This document shows, in pieces, positions 1 to 9,188 of a stretch of 64,000 nucleotides of DNA; position 1 is the first letter of the stretch, and each line of letters opens with the position of its first letter. The DNA lies in the NCBI GenBank assembly GCA_024223715.1, contig JAAEOA010000202.1, forward strand, positions 6,779-70,778. The letters are read 5' to 3'. This DNA is from a bacterium. GTDB lineage: Bacteria; Krumholzibacteriota; Krumholzibacteriia; LZORAL124-64-63. The translations under genes were made by a program, and so were the position numbers. Below the pieces are notes generated by a model, which saw nothing but the letters and a program-made list of their open reading frames with translations, was not told the origin of the DNA and ran no database searches.

Positions 1-28
1 GTTCGACTCCGAGCCGAGGGGAAATCAA

Positions 29-1837
29 ATGTTCGAAATGCTTCGCTCAAAAGCAAAGATCTTTTACTGGGTCATTGCTGTCAGTTTTATCCTATTTGGT
101 GTGGTTTTTTCCTACGGAGGAGCCACCAGTGGTTGTCAAAGCGACAGCGGCAACAACCCTCAAAATGTTGGTTTGGTAGGAAAAGTCAATGGAGCCGAAC
201 TAACGGGCTCCCAGTACGAAAACATGTATGCTCGTATTATGGAGTATAACCGGGCGCAAAGCCAGGGCCGTGAAATTAACGCTAACCAGGTCGCCGGTGC
301 CCGCCAGCAGGCATGGGATCAACTGGTCCGTCTGCAACTTCAAACTCAGGCCATTGCTGATAATAAAATTGAAGTTTCCAATGCTGAAATTTTGGCTCGA
401 TTTGAAAATAACCCTCCCCCGGCCTTGCTTCAAAATTACCGGGACCCTGAAACCGGCGCCGTAGATATCCAAAAATACTACGCCGATTTGCAGAACCCCG
501 AAAATGACTGGTCCTTCGCTGAAGAATATGTTCGCGAAGTTATTCAGACAGAAAAACTGAAATCCATCATTACCGATGGTGTGGCAGTATCCGACGATGA
601 AGTCAGAAGCCAATATCTGGCTCAGAATGGAAAAGCTACCGCTGAGTACATCGGAGTTCTTTACAGCACTCTGAATTCGGTCTACCAGCCCACTGATGAA
701 GAAATCAATGCCTATTTCCAGAGTCATGGCGATGACTACCTGCGGAAAGAAAAAGTATCAACCAAGGTTGTTCGCTTTAACAAAGAAGCCAGTGACGCTG
801 ATTGGCAAAGTGCTTTGGCACAGATTTCTGAAATCCGCACTGAAATTGAAAACGGCAGCGTCACCTTCGCAGATGCCGCAGCTCGTTACAGTGAAGATGG
901 CAGTGCCTCCATTGGTGGCGACCTCGGGACTTTCGACCGTAACCGCATGGTCCCGGAATTCACAGAGTCCTCTTTCAGCCTGGACGTTGGCGTGATCAGC
1001 GAACCGGTGCGTACTAAATTTGGATACCACCTTATTGAAGTGACCGAACAACACTTCGATGATGAGACCAAAGAACTGTTTGAAGTCACCGCTCGTCATA
1101 TCCTGTTGAAAGTGGTGGCCAGCGATAACACAGTGGGCCTGATCAACGACTCGGCTCAGAACTTTGCTGACCGTGTTAATGGTGGAAACTTCGTTACCAC
1201 AGCTGAAGCCGAAGCCATGGATCTGCTAAGCCCTGAAGCCTTCATTGAAGGACGTGACATTCCGGGCCTTCCTCTGTCCCTGGCAGGAAGCCTCTGGGCT
1301 CACCGCGCCAACCCTGGCGATGTCAGCCCTGTATTCAGCAACCGTGACTTCTTCTACGTAGTTTTGGCCGGAGAAAAAATTCCAGCCGGTCCTGCCGATC
1401 TTGATGAAGTCAAAAGTCAAGTCGTTCTGGCTCTGCAAAAAGTGAACAATAAAAATCTGGCTTCAGCTCAACTGAGCCCTGCCGTTGGTGAAATTCAAAT
1501 GGGACGCACCATGGCTGAAGTCTCTGCCGACACTGAATTGGCTCACGCCCTTACCGACACCTTCACTTATAATGGAAACGTGAAGGATGTTGGTTACGGT
1601 ACCGACTTCAACAAACTCGCCATTGAAGGCGAAGTGGGAACTCTGGTTCCCGAGGTTGAAACTCTGCGGGGCTTGTTCGCCTTGACTCCAACCTGGATCT
1701 CTGCTTTCGATCAGGCTGACTACGATCAGCGTCAGGTAGATATTCGCAGTTATCTTTTGAGCCAGGCTCAGAACGAGAAAATGGAAGAATTCTACACAGC
1801 CATGCTTGAAGCTGCTGATGTGGAAGACTACCGGTAG
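29..1837 (+). CDS. ppiD: PpiD-like periplasmic chaperone / parvulin-type peptidyl-prolyl isomerase
   Basis: 602-aa ORF. N-terminal membrane anchor MLRSKAKIFYWVIAVSFILFGVVF. Parvulin signature GGDLGTFDRNRMVPEF...FGYHLIEV. GAGGGG SD at 16-21, 7 nt before the ATG. Confidence 0.8.
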   Translation: MFEMLRSKAKIFYWVIAVSFILFGVVFSYGGATSGCQSDSGNNPQNVGLVGKVNGAELTGSQYENMYARIMEYNRAQSQGREINANQVAGARQQAWDQLVRLQLQTQAIADNKIEVSNAEILARFENNPPPALLQNYRDPETGAVDIQKYYADLQNPENDWSFAEEYVREVIQTEKLKSIITDGVAVSDDEVRSQYLAQNGKATAEYIGVLYSTLNSVYQPTDEEINAYFQSHGDDYLRKEKVSTKVVRFNKEASDADWQSALAQISEIRTEIENGSVTFADAAARYSEDGSASIGGDLGTFDRNRMVPEFTESSFSLDVGVISEPVRTKFGYHLIEVTEQHFDDETKELFEVTARHILLKVVASDNTVGLINDSAQNFADRVNGGNFVTTAEAEAMDLLSPEAFIEGRDIPGLPLSLAGSLWAHRANPGDVSPVFSNRDFFYVVLAGEKIPAGPADLDEVKSQVVLALQKVNNKNLASAQLSPAVGEIQMGRTMAEVSADTELAHALTDTFTYNGNVKDVGYGTDFNKLAIEGEVGTLVPEVETLRGLFALTPTWISAFDQADYDQRQVDIRSYLLSQAQNEKMEEFYTAMLEAADVEDYR

Positions 1838-1865
1838 GTTTTTTTCTCGGCGTTTGGAAAGCACA

Positions 1866-1911
1866 ATAAAAAGAGCCCGGAATCATTCAGGATTCCGGGC
1901 TCTTTCTTTTT
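1866..1911. terminator. Bidirectional intrinsic terminator between convergent ppiD and the 143-aa gene
   Basis: Perfect 14-bp stem aagagcccggaatc (1871-1884) / gattccgggctctt (1891-1904). A-rich upstream and tcttttt downstream. Confidence 0.75.
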
Positions 1912-1926
1912 AGTATCTGTGAAAAC

Positions 1927-2358
1927 TCAATCATCTCCAAAGGGATTACGAGGTTTTTCTTTTTTAAACTCTTCTAATTCCTGATCCATTTTATTGATGC
2001 GATCCTGACGATTTTTTTCATGCTCTCCGGAATCAAAAAGTTGGGCCATTTTCCGTGCCTCTTCTTCTTTTGCCAAATCAAAAGCCGCCAGGTCATCGGA
2101 AATTTGCGGGCCGGAGTCTTCGGGCAAATCATCGATAAGCTGATAATTCTTTACCTCTGCATGAATTTCGTAAGCACTTTCGACTATGAGAACAATGCCC
2201 ATTTCAGCCAGAGTATTAAGATCCAGCCGAATGGAACTCTCATTGGTATTCAACAAGTCAGCCATTTCCGCTGGAGTTGGCGGACGGTCCAGGGAATATT
2301 CCAGAATACGGATGGCAGCCACCAGTAAATGGGCTTCGTTTCGAGTCAGGTTCGTCAT
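1927..2358 (-). CDS. Hypothetical 143-aa protein: possible winged-helix N-terminus plus acidic coiled-coil C-terminus
   Basis: The ATG at 2358 overlaps the TGA of the upstream exonuclease gene (ATGA), so the ORF-track start at 2505 is an artefactual extension. Sequence: MTNLTRNEAHLLVAAIRILEYSL...; the C-terminus is rich in E, K and D. I recognise no family. Confidence 0.55.
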   Translation of the reverse strand: MTNLTRNEAHLLVAAIRILEYSLDRPPTPAEMADLLNTNESSIRLDLNTLAEMGIVLIVESAYEIHAEVKNYQLIDDLPEDSGPQISDDLAAFDLAKEEEARKMAQLFDSGEHEKNRQDRINKMDQELEEFKKEKPRNPFGDD

Positions 2359-3557
2359 ATCAGTTTCCCTTTTTTGATTGACTGAATTTTCTTTTCCAGC
2401 CGTTTCAAACGGCTGCCTTCTTCGCTGAGTTTTGCATGGCCCAGGGCACGATGGTAATCCACAAGTCTGTGCTCGTAAAGTATGGCTGCTTCCCGGTGCA
2501 GCCAAGCATCTTTGAGTCCATTCTCAAAGGCCTTGGTTAAAATGAACTGAACCTTTTTCCAAGATTGAACGCGTTTCAAAATTCTAATGGAATCGGCAAT
2601 AAATTTTTCATGGGCAAAACCATCAGACAGTTCAATTCCCGGTTGGTTTAAGGCGCTGTCAATCCATTGGCCGGCAGTAATATTTTGCCGGGATTTTTCG
2701 CATATTCTAGCTAAGGACCATGCCAGAACCCACGAATCCTGAGCAGCAGGATAGTTATGAATAATTTGAGCTTTTTCCACCACACGAATGAAAATCTCCG
2801 CCATTCCCACAAGATCTTTTTGGTTATGGTGCAGAACTCTTTCCATAAGTTCGGGATTTCCGTCCTGAAGAAAATCGAACCAGGTTTGCGGTATTAGAGC
2901 GCCGTCAATATCTCCCGATCCACGTTGGCGTCCCAGCAATCCTTTTTCAAGAGTTTGTTGACGACAATTCTCAAAACTTCGGCCCCAAATTCGCCTGCCG
3001 GGAACCAGTAAATCCCAGCTCACTAATTGGGCACAGGGATCGGGCATGCGGTTCATCAGGGCCCGGGTTCGAATGAGGGGTAAATCGAATGAAGCGCCAT
3101 TGAAGGTCATAACTACTTTGAATTTTTTGCCCAATTCCTCCAGATAGTCAAGCATACTGATTTCATGAGCAAAATCGGGCAGGAAGTATTGTCTGGAAAT
3201 AAAACGGGGTCCTTCGAACCACCCCACGCCCACTAAAAAAGCAAGGGTCCCGGTGCCTCCGGCAAGGCCGGTGGTTTCTGTGTCCAGAAACAGAATTTCA
3301 GAAATTTTCGGAGATGCTTCTTCTGCTTTTGTGAAAAAACCTTTCAGACTTGGGATCTCGACAAAAGGAATGGCCAATTCATCTGTGTAATCCCGAATAT
3401 AAACCGGCCATTTTTCATCGTTGGCTTTTTTTAATTTCAGATTTATTAAAGACTCTTCCGGCAATATTCCAGAAAAGCGTTTCCTGCTTTCAGCAGAATC
3501 CTGCTTCTTTTTTTTGTTCAAATTATTAATGCCAGCCAAACGTTTGCGTAAATCCAT
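2355..3557 (-). CDS. RNase H-fold DEDDh 3'-5' exonuclease with helical/TPR-like C-terminus, YprB/MrfB-like
   Basis: ExoI LFLDTETTGL, ExoII TFNGASFDLPLI, ExoIII HHNQKDLVGM. 1-nt gap after the helicase gene. This pairing is typical of YprA/YprB. Confidence 0.7.
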   Translation of the reverse strand: MDLRKRLAGINNLNKKKKQDSAESRKRFSGILPEESLINLKLKKANDEKWPVYIRDYTDELAIPFVEIPSLKGFFTKAEEASPKISEILFLDTETTGLAGGTGTLAFLVGVGWFEGPRFISRQYFLPDFAHEISMLDYLEELGKKFKVVMTFNGASFDLPLIRTRALMNRMPDPCAQLVSWDLLVPGRRIWGRSFENCRQQTLEKGLLGRQRGSGDIDGALIPQTWFDFLQDGNPELMERVLHHNQKDLVGMAEIFIRVVEKAQIIHNYPAAQDSWVLAWSLARICEKSRQNITAGQWIDSALNQPGIELSDGFAHEKFIADSIRILKRVQSWKKVQFILTKAFENGLKDAWLHREAAILYEHRLVDYHRALGHAKLSEEGSRLKRLEKKIQSIKKGKLI

Positions 3558-3558
3558 A

Positions 3559-5862
3559 TCAGCCCTCGGCAGCGGCGAAAACAGATTTATTCAATAGCCA
3601 GGCTGCAGCTTTTCGTGCTGTGCTGCCACTCTCAACAGCAGGACCTACGCATGAAGGACAACCTTTCTCGCAGGGACAACCATGAAGGTGTTCCCGGGCC
3701 GACAGACAGATTTCAGAAAACTGTTGATGAATGCGTCTGGCATACCCAACACCACCGGGAAACGCGTCGTATATATACAAAGTGGGTTTGCCGGTGAACG
3801 GTGACCGCACCATGGCAGTTGAATGCAAATCCGATGGGTCAGCCATAATAAAAACAGGCGCGACTCGGCTCAATAAATGGGCCAGACCCTTGAGGCCATC
3901 GCCAAGATCGAGTCCATCGGCACTCATTTCTTCAGTAACTTCTTCAGGCAGCTCCCACCAGAAGCTTACCGTATGCATTTCCATTTCCGGCAAATGAACT
4001 CTGCCGGATCCAACATTTTCATGGGTGCCCAGTTTGATTTTCTTAAAAACAGTAACCTTGGAGACCAGCCCTACTTCCCCCACGGCCAAATCGCCATAAG
4101 TGAAAGGCAGGGTATCATCGGCGGTAAGGGTTTTTAATTCACTTTTGCGCTGGGCGTCGGTGTAGTACTCAACCTGAACGGGTTTGACGTGGGCCTCACG
4201 GCGATCCCAGTCCAGTTTATCTACATGGAATTGCTGGGCTCCATGTAAATAGACAGCATCGTCATGTAACATTTCCTGGGCACTGAACAAGTCCATTTCG
4301 CCAATGATGCGACCACCGGGCACGCTCTGGTTGATGATCACTACGTTGTCTGGAGCAGCGCTGCGCAGGCTCACATCTTCGGCGGGATAGGTGTCGGCCA
4401 TCCAGTGGAATCGGTCGCCACTACGGTGCAGGACTCCCTGCTCCACTAAATAGTCGAGAATTTCCATAACCGGCTGGTCGCCATAATTTTCATCGGTTGT
4501 AAAAGGAAGCTCAAAAGCCGCGCATTTTAAATGGCTGATGAGAATGACCAGGTTGTTCGCATCCAGGGTGGCGTGTTCGGGACTGCGCCCGAAAAAATAA
4601 TCGGGATTGTTGATGATGTACTGATCGGCTGGGCTGCTGGAAGCAACAAGAACAACCGCACTGAGGTTTTGCCGACGTCCGGCCCGGCCAGCCTGCTGCC
4701 AGGTACTGGCCACTGTACCGGCATAGCCAGCCATGACGCACACATCCAGACGCCCGATATCTATTCCCAGCTCAAGAGCATTTGTGGAAACCACAGTACC
4801 CACAGAACCGTCTCGCAAACCTTGCTCAATGGCCCGTCTTTCAAGAGGTAGATAACCGCCCCGATAACCGCGAACATCGCCATTTTTGATACCTACCCGG
4901 CGGCCCGCTTTTTCCAGGTACGTTAGCAACAGCTCCACTCGCATGCGGCTGCGGGCAAAAACTATTTGCTGGGCACCACTGTTCATAAATCGTTCAGCAA
5001 TGCGACGGGTAGTTTTCACTACCGATTGTCGAATGCCAAGCTCCTGGTTAACCACCGGAGGATTGTAAAAAATAAAGTGTTTTTCACCCCTTGGAGCACC
5101 ATTGCGGTCCACTTCAGCCATGGGCAGACCGGTCAAACGCTGAGCCAGCTCAGCTGGATTGGCAATGGTTGCCGAACAGCAAATGAACTGCGGATGGCTG
5201 CCATAAAACTCTGCCACCCTCTTGAGCCGCCTGATAACATTGGCAACATGGGAACCAAAAACACCGCGATACTGATGAACCTCATCCACAACCACGTATT
5301 TCAGGTTCTCAAATAGCTTAACCCACAAGGTATGATGAGGCAGAATTCCCTGGTGCAGCATGTCCGGGTTGGTGACAACAATATGCCCGCTACTGCGAAT
5401 GGCCCGCCGGGCGGTTTCCGGTGTATCGCCATCGAAAGTAAAAGTTTTTATATCCACACCCAGATCGCCCACAATACCGTGCACTTCGTGCATCTGGTCC
5501 TGGCTGAGGGCTTTGGTGGGAAAGAGATACAGAGCCCTGGCCTGAGAGTTATCTAAAATTGTGTTCAAAACAGGAAGATTATAACAAAGAGTTTTGCCAC
5601 TGGCGGTAGGCGTGGGAACTACAAAGGATTTTCCCTCAGCGGCTAATTTTACCGATTCAGCCTGATGGCTGTAAAGTTGGTCAATGCCACGCTGCTGCAT
5701 GACATTAACCAGACTGGGATCCAATAAATCGGGATAAGGTTCATAAACCGGTGATTCGGGAGGCAGAGTTTGCCAGCGAGTCACATTGCGTGTAAATCGG
5801 CCATCGGCTTTCAGTTGGTCCAGTAATTGAGCGAGGTTCAACAGCCACTCCCTTTGCTTCAA
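3559..5862 (-). CDS. DEAD/DEAH-box helicase with C-terminal DUF1998-type zinc cluster, YprA/MrfA-like
   Basis: Walker A PTASGKT, DEVH box VVDEVHQY, SAT-like CSATIANP, motif VI QQAGRAGRR, C-terminal HGCPCEKGCPSCVGP. The annotated start is TTG, so the 5' end is uncertain. Confidence 0.8.
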   Translation of the reverse strand: MKQREWLLNLAQLLDQLKADGRFTRNVTRWQTLPPESPVYEPYPDLLDPSLVNVMQQRGIDQLYSHQAESVKLAAEGKSFVVPTPTASGKTLCYNLPVLNTILDNSQARALYLFPTKALSQDQMHEVHGIVGDLGVDIKTFTFDGDTPETARRAIRSSGHIVVTNPDMLHQGILPHHTLWVKLFENLKYVVVDEVHQYRGVFGSHVANVIRRLKRVAEFYGSHPQFICCSATIANPAELAQRLTGLPMAEVDRNGAPRGEKHFIFYNPPVVNQELGIRQSVVKTTRRIAERFMNSGAQQIVFARSRMRVELLLTYLEKAGRRVGIKNGDVRGYRGGYLPLERRAIEQGLRDGSVGTVVSTNALELGIDIGRLDVCVMAGYAGTVASTWQQAGRAGRRQNLSAVVLVASSSPADQYIINNPDYFFGRSPEHATLDANNLVILISHLKCAAFELPFTTDENYGDQPVMEILDYLVEQGVLHRSGDRFHWMADTYPAEDVSLRSAAPDNVVIINQSVPGGRIIGEMDLFSAQEMLHDDAVYLHGAQQFHVDKLDWDRREAHVKPVQVEYYTDAQRKSELKTLTADDTLPFTYGDLAVGEVGLVSKVTVFKKIKLGTHENVGSGRVHLPEMEMHTVSFWWELPEEVTEEMSADGLDLGDGLKGLAHLLSRVAPVFIMADPSDLHSTAMVRSPFTGKPTLYIYDAFPGGVGYARRIHQQFSEICLSAREHLHGCPCEKGCPSCVGPAVESGSTARKAAAWLLNKSVFAAAEG

Positions 5863-5890
5863 ACTATCGGGATAGCAGCCTGTTTTGCCG

Positions 5891-6121
5891 TCAATCCTCT
5901 TTGGAGTCTTCTTTCATTTCTCGGTTCACGTCGTCCAGCTCACGTTTCACTTCATCGGAAGCTTCACGGGTGGCAGACTTGAAAGATCTTAAGGACTTGC
6001 CCACCGACTCAGCCAGTTCAGGCAATCTTTTGGGTCCAAAAAAGATAAGGACCAATACCAGAATCACTACAATTTCGGGCCAGCCAAGGCCACCGAAAGG
6101 CATGGCGATAAAGGGAATCAT
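5891..6121 (-). CDS. tatA: Twin-arginine translocase subunit TatA/E
   Basis: 76 aa. FGGLGWPEIVVILVLVLIFFGPKRLPEL followed by an amphipathic helix. AGGAGG SD 5 nt upstream of the ATG at 6121. Confidence 0.85.
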   Translation of the reverse strand: MIPFIAMPFGGLGWPEIVVILVLVLIFFGPKRLPELAESVGKSLRSFKSATREASDEVKRELDDVNREMKEDSKED

Positions 6122-6140
6122 GAGCAGCCTCCTATTTTAT

Positions 6141-6404
6141 TCAACGGTACCAACGCAGCATTTGTGAAGCTACGAATACGCCGATGACACTCATCAGGTT
6201 AAAGTGAATCTGGAATCCAAACGTCAGATCGATGATGACCAGATTCAAATGCACAACATCGGGGCCAAAGGTTATGTATCTGACGAAGAGCTGTTCAGCA
6301 ACAGAACCTTCACTAAGGAACAGACCAATCACTTCACTGATGGTTGCTCCTATCAAAACACCCAAAACCAAAGTGAGCACCACAGTGCCCATGGACTTTT
6401 TCAT
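6141..6404 (-). CDS. Small membrane protein (DUF4321-like, recalled from memory only)
   Basis: 87 aa with two hydrophobic segments. Lies directly upstream of tatA on the same strand. Confidence 0.5.
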   Translation of the reverse strand: MKKSMGTVVLTLVLGVLIGATISEVIGLFLSEGSVAEQLFVRYITFGPDVVHLNLVIIDLTFGFQIHFNLMSVIGVFVASQMLRWYR

Positions 6405-6568
6405 TTATCAAACTACTTTCAATCACGGTTTTAAACCACTGCAGGATACTATTGAAGAGTAGCTGCAGGTAATAAATGCCTGATGTTAATCAAAAACATC
6501 CGGTTGGTTACTAGAAGTATAGTCCGCTCCTGCCCTTGAAACCACCATTTTGTTGAAAAAAACACAAC

Positions 6569-7045
6569 CTATTGACTAAGTGCTGCCTTGATCTTGGCAT
6601 GGTCCTGCCCCAATACAAGAACCGCATCTTCAGTCATTCTTTCATCCCATTGGCGAATGATGGGTATGGAACCAAATTCCTTAGCCAGAATTTCGGCTTT
6701 TTCCAGGTCAAGACGCCGGCAAATCAGCATAGATTCGGGCCAAGACCCTGCTGCACTTCCGTTGGCATTGCCAACTCCTTCAACAACACAGCCGCGAGGA
6801 GCAACCAAAAGACTGAATTGGCGAGCCAGCCCATTTTCACCCGTACCATTGAGAATGCGTAGATGAACCGGCTGTTCAAAAATTGGTGTTTCGCCCCCGC
6901 TCGCGTTTAGACTATTTGTATCAAAATCGCCAGGCAGAGCCAAATTCCAACCAGAAGGCAAAGGAGATCCGGCGGCAAGCCAAAAAGAAATACCACAAAC
7001 AATGACCATGAGAAAAAGCCAGAAATTCAAGGAGCGAAGAATCAC
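6569..7045 (-). CDS. Membrane-anchored LytR_C (LytR/CpsA/Psr C-terminal)-like domain protein
   Basis: C-terminal region LRILNGTGENGLARQF...VLVLGQD resembles the LytR_C domain. I chose the GTG at 7045: it forms a GTGA overlap with the HIT stop, is preceded by GGAGGA, and yields an N-terminal TM helix ILRSLNFWLFLMVIVCGISFWLAA. The ORF-track start at 7234 would overlap the HIT gene. Confidence 0.5.
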   Translation of the reverse strand: MILRSLNFWLFLMVIVCGISFWLAAGSPLPSGWNLALPGDFDTNSLNASGGETPIFEQPVHLRILNGTGENGLARQFSLLVAPRGCVVEGVGNANGSAAGSWPESMLICRRLDLEKAEILAKEFGSIPIIRQWDERMTEDAVLVLGQDHAKIKAALSQ

Positions 7046-7548
7046 AGTTCCTCCGCCAGCCGTTTGACCACCGGTAGCAATTTTTCGTAAGTCATGTCCA
7101 GAGTTTGAGGCATAACCCTTGTTTCGCCAATGGTGCTCATGAAGTTTGTATCGCCAGTCCAGCGAGGAAGCATATGCAGGTGCAGATGTTTGGGAATTCC
7201 AGCTCCAGCACTTTGTCCCCCATTGTATCCGCAATTAATTCCATCGGGAGCAAAAACTTCATTCAGAGCTTTCTCCATTATTCTCAAAAACTGTCCCATT
7301 TCAGCCAGCTCTTCTGCATTGCAATTGCCCAGCATAGGCTGATGCCGATTGCTGATCAGAAGAATGTGACCGCTGTTGTAAGGGTACAGATTGAGAATCA
7401 AATACCAGTGCTGTCCCCGGTGCAGAACAAAGTGTTCTTTTTCATCGCATTTGAGCCGGTTGCAAAACACACAACCTTCTTCCTTAATTTGTCCTGTCAC
7501 GTAATCGAACCTCCAGGGTGTGCAAAGTCGTTCCATGGTCTTCCTCAA
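7042..7548 (-). CDS. HIT (histidine triad) family nucleotide hydrolase/transferase
   Basis: Histidine triad HLHLHMLPR, plus N-terminal CVFC and the HWYLILNLYPYN motif. Confidence 0.8.
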   Translation of the reverse strand: MRKTMERLCTPWRFDYVTGQIKEEGCVFCNRLKCDEKEHFVLHRGQHWYLILNLYPYNSGHILLISNRHQPMLGNCNAEELAEMGQFLRIMEKALNEVFAPDGINCGYNGGQSAGAGIPKHLHLHMLPRWTGDTNFMSTIGETRVMPQTLDMTYEKLLPVVKRLAEEL

Positions 7549-7557
7549 ATCCCCTGG

Positions 7558-8295
7558 TTATTGCCTTTTGTTCAACAATTCAGCCGCACGACCCAATTCA
7601 TCTACTGTGTTAATACCAACAACCTCATCTGGATCATTGGTGATGACCGCTTCCACCGGATGACCGTTCTCAACCAGCCAGGCTACGGTATCAGTAAGAT
7701 AATACTCGCCCTGCCGGTTATCGGTGGTCAAATTATCCAGGGCCTCGAGCAACAGGTCAGTTCGGTAACAGAAAACACCAGTATTGTATTCACCAACTGC
7801 AAGCTCTTCATCAGTGGCATCGACAGCTTCGACTATTTTGGTCACCCGTCCAGCTTCATCCTTTATGATGCGTCCGTAAGCTGCTGCATCGTCAACCACG
7901 CAAGTCAGCACTACGGCAGCGGCTTTGGATTCAACGGTGCCATCAACCAAACGCTTGAGGGTCTCAGTACGCAGAAGAGGAACATCTCCAGCCAGAACCA
8001 CACAGTAACCACCCTCACGCAAAGCCGGGACAGCCATTTGAACCGCATGGCCAGTACCTAATTGTGGTTCCTGCAAAACAAATTCAATTCCTGCCCGTTT
8101 GCAGGTTTCTTCCACCAAATCAGCCTTGTGGCCCACAACCACAACCATACGGTCAATGCCCGCCGCAGCAGAGGTATCCATAACGTGATCCAGCAGGGAA
8201 CGCCCATTCAATTCATGAAGGACCTTGGGCAAATCTGACTTCATGCGAGTGCCTTTGCCGGCTGCCAGAATAACTGCATCAATAGTTGGATTCAT
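7558..8295 (-). CDS. Sugar-1-phosphate nucleotidyltransferase, GlmU N-terminal-domain-like (no left-handed beta-helix acetyltransferase domain)
   Basis: AVILAAGKGTRMKSDLPKVLH signature and QEPQLGTGHAV. Only 245 aa. ATGA overlap with the panC stop. Confidence 0.7.
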   Translation of the reverse strand: MNPTIDAVILAAGKGTRMKSDLPKVLHELNGRSLLDHVMDTSAAAGIDRMVVVVGHKADLVEETCKRAGIEFVLQEPQLGTGHAVQMAVPALREGGYCVVLAGDVPLLRTETLKRLVDGTVESKAAAVVLTCVVDDAAAYGRIIKDEAGRVTKIVEAVDATDEELAVGEYNTGVFCYRTDLLLEALDNLTTDNRQGEYYLTDTVAWLVENGHPVEAVITNDPDEVVGINTVDELGRAAELLNKRQ

Positions 8296-9188
8296 GATTT
8301 CCTCCCGGTTCCCAACAAATAGCTGTCGGCAACCTGATTATTTTTCAGTTCCAGAACAAGATTATCGATTAGCCGAGCCGGTCCAACTTTGGCAGCAACA
8401 GCCAAAAGGATTTTCCCGGTCAAAGTTTCTTCAATTTCCAAATTGGGCACCTGGCGAACTTCTGCATAGTCGAGAGCATCGGCTGTTTGCAAAATTTCTT
8501 CCATGGTCCCAACAATCTCTTTACGTTGACAACAACCTTTTACCAGAAGGTCTTTGGCTTTGTTGAGAGCCTGAGACAAACATAGAGCCTGCTGCCGTTG
8601 TTCATTGGATAAATACCGATTGCGTGACGACATAGCCAGGCCATCGGATTCGCGCAAGGTGGGTGCATCGATAAGCTCGATGTTCATTTTCAAATCTTCA
8701 ACCATTTGGCCTATAACCAGACACTGCTGGGCATCTTTGCGACCAAAAATTGCAATATCGGGTTGTACCAACCCAAAAAGTTTGGCCACCACAGTTAGAA
8801 CTCCCGAAAAATGATCGGGTCGACTGCCTCCGCAAAGACCCATTCCCCGATGTCCCGGTTGCACCATGACCCCTTGAGGCGCGCCATAAATTTCTGAAAC
8901 TTCCGGAGCGAACACACCGGCAACAGGATAGTCCTTTAACAATTCCAAATCACGATCCAAAGTCCGAGGATAAGAATCAAAATCTTCGTTGGGTCCAAAT
9001 TGTGTTGGGTTCACAAAAATAGTCACCACCGCAGTGCCTAATTCGCTTGCTCTTTCCACCAGACTTAAATGACCCTGATGAAGCGCTCCCATGGTCGGAA
9101 CCAAAACAATGGGTCCTTTCGAACGCAGTGAGTCCAGATTTTTTAGATCTTTCCGGGTGTGCCAGAGTTCCAACTCAGCCCTTTCCAT
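8292..9188 (-). CDS. panC: Pantoate--beta-alanine ligase
   Basis: VPTMGALHQGHLSLV HIGH-type motif, FVNPTQFGPNEDF, GRKDAQQ. Confidence 0.9.
   Translation of the reverse strand: MERAELELWHTRKDLKNLDSLRSKGPIVLVPTMGALHQGHLSLVERASELGTAVVTIFVNPTQFGPNEDFDSYPRTLDRDLELLKDYPVAGVFAPEVSEIYGAPQGVMVQPGHRGMGLCGGSRPDHFSGVLTVVAKLFGLVQPDIAIFGRKDAQQCLVIGQMVEDLKMNIELIDAPTLRESDGLAMSSRNRYLSNEQRQQALCLSQALNKAKDLLVKGCCQRKEIVGTMEEILQTADALDYAEVRQVPNLEIEETLTGKILLAVAAKVGPARLIDNLVLELKNNQVADSYLLGTGRKS

Noticed and set aside
1-28. The window starts with GTTCGACTCCGAGCCGAGGGG, which resembles a tRNA/tmRNA T-loop (TTCGACT) followed by the 3' halves of the T-stem and acceptor stem.
   Set aside because: Only about 21 nt are visible. 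The implied acceptor stem would begin CCCUCGG, which is atypical, and no CCA follows. The GAGGGG inside it is correctly spaced to be the ppiD Shine-Dalgarno site. It cannot be called without the upstream sequence.
7105-8061. 318-aa ORF on the + strand.
   Set aside because: It is antisense to the HIT and GlmU-like genes, both of which have clear family motifs. It has no motifs, SD or sensible start context of its own.
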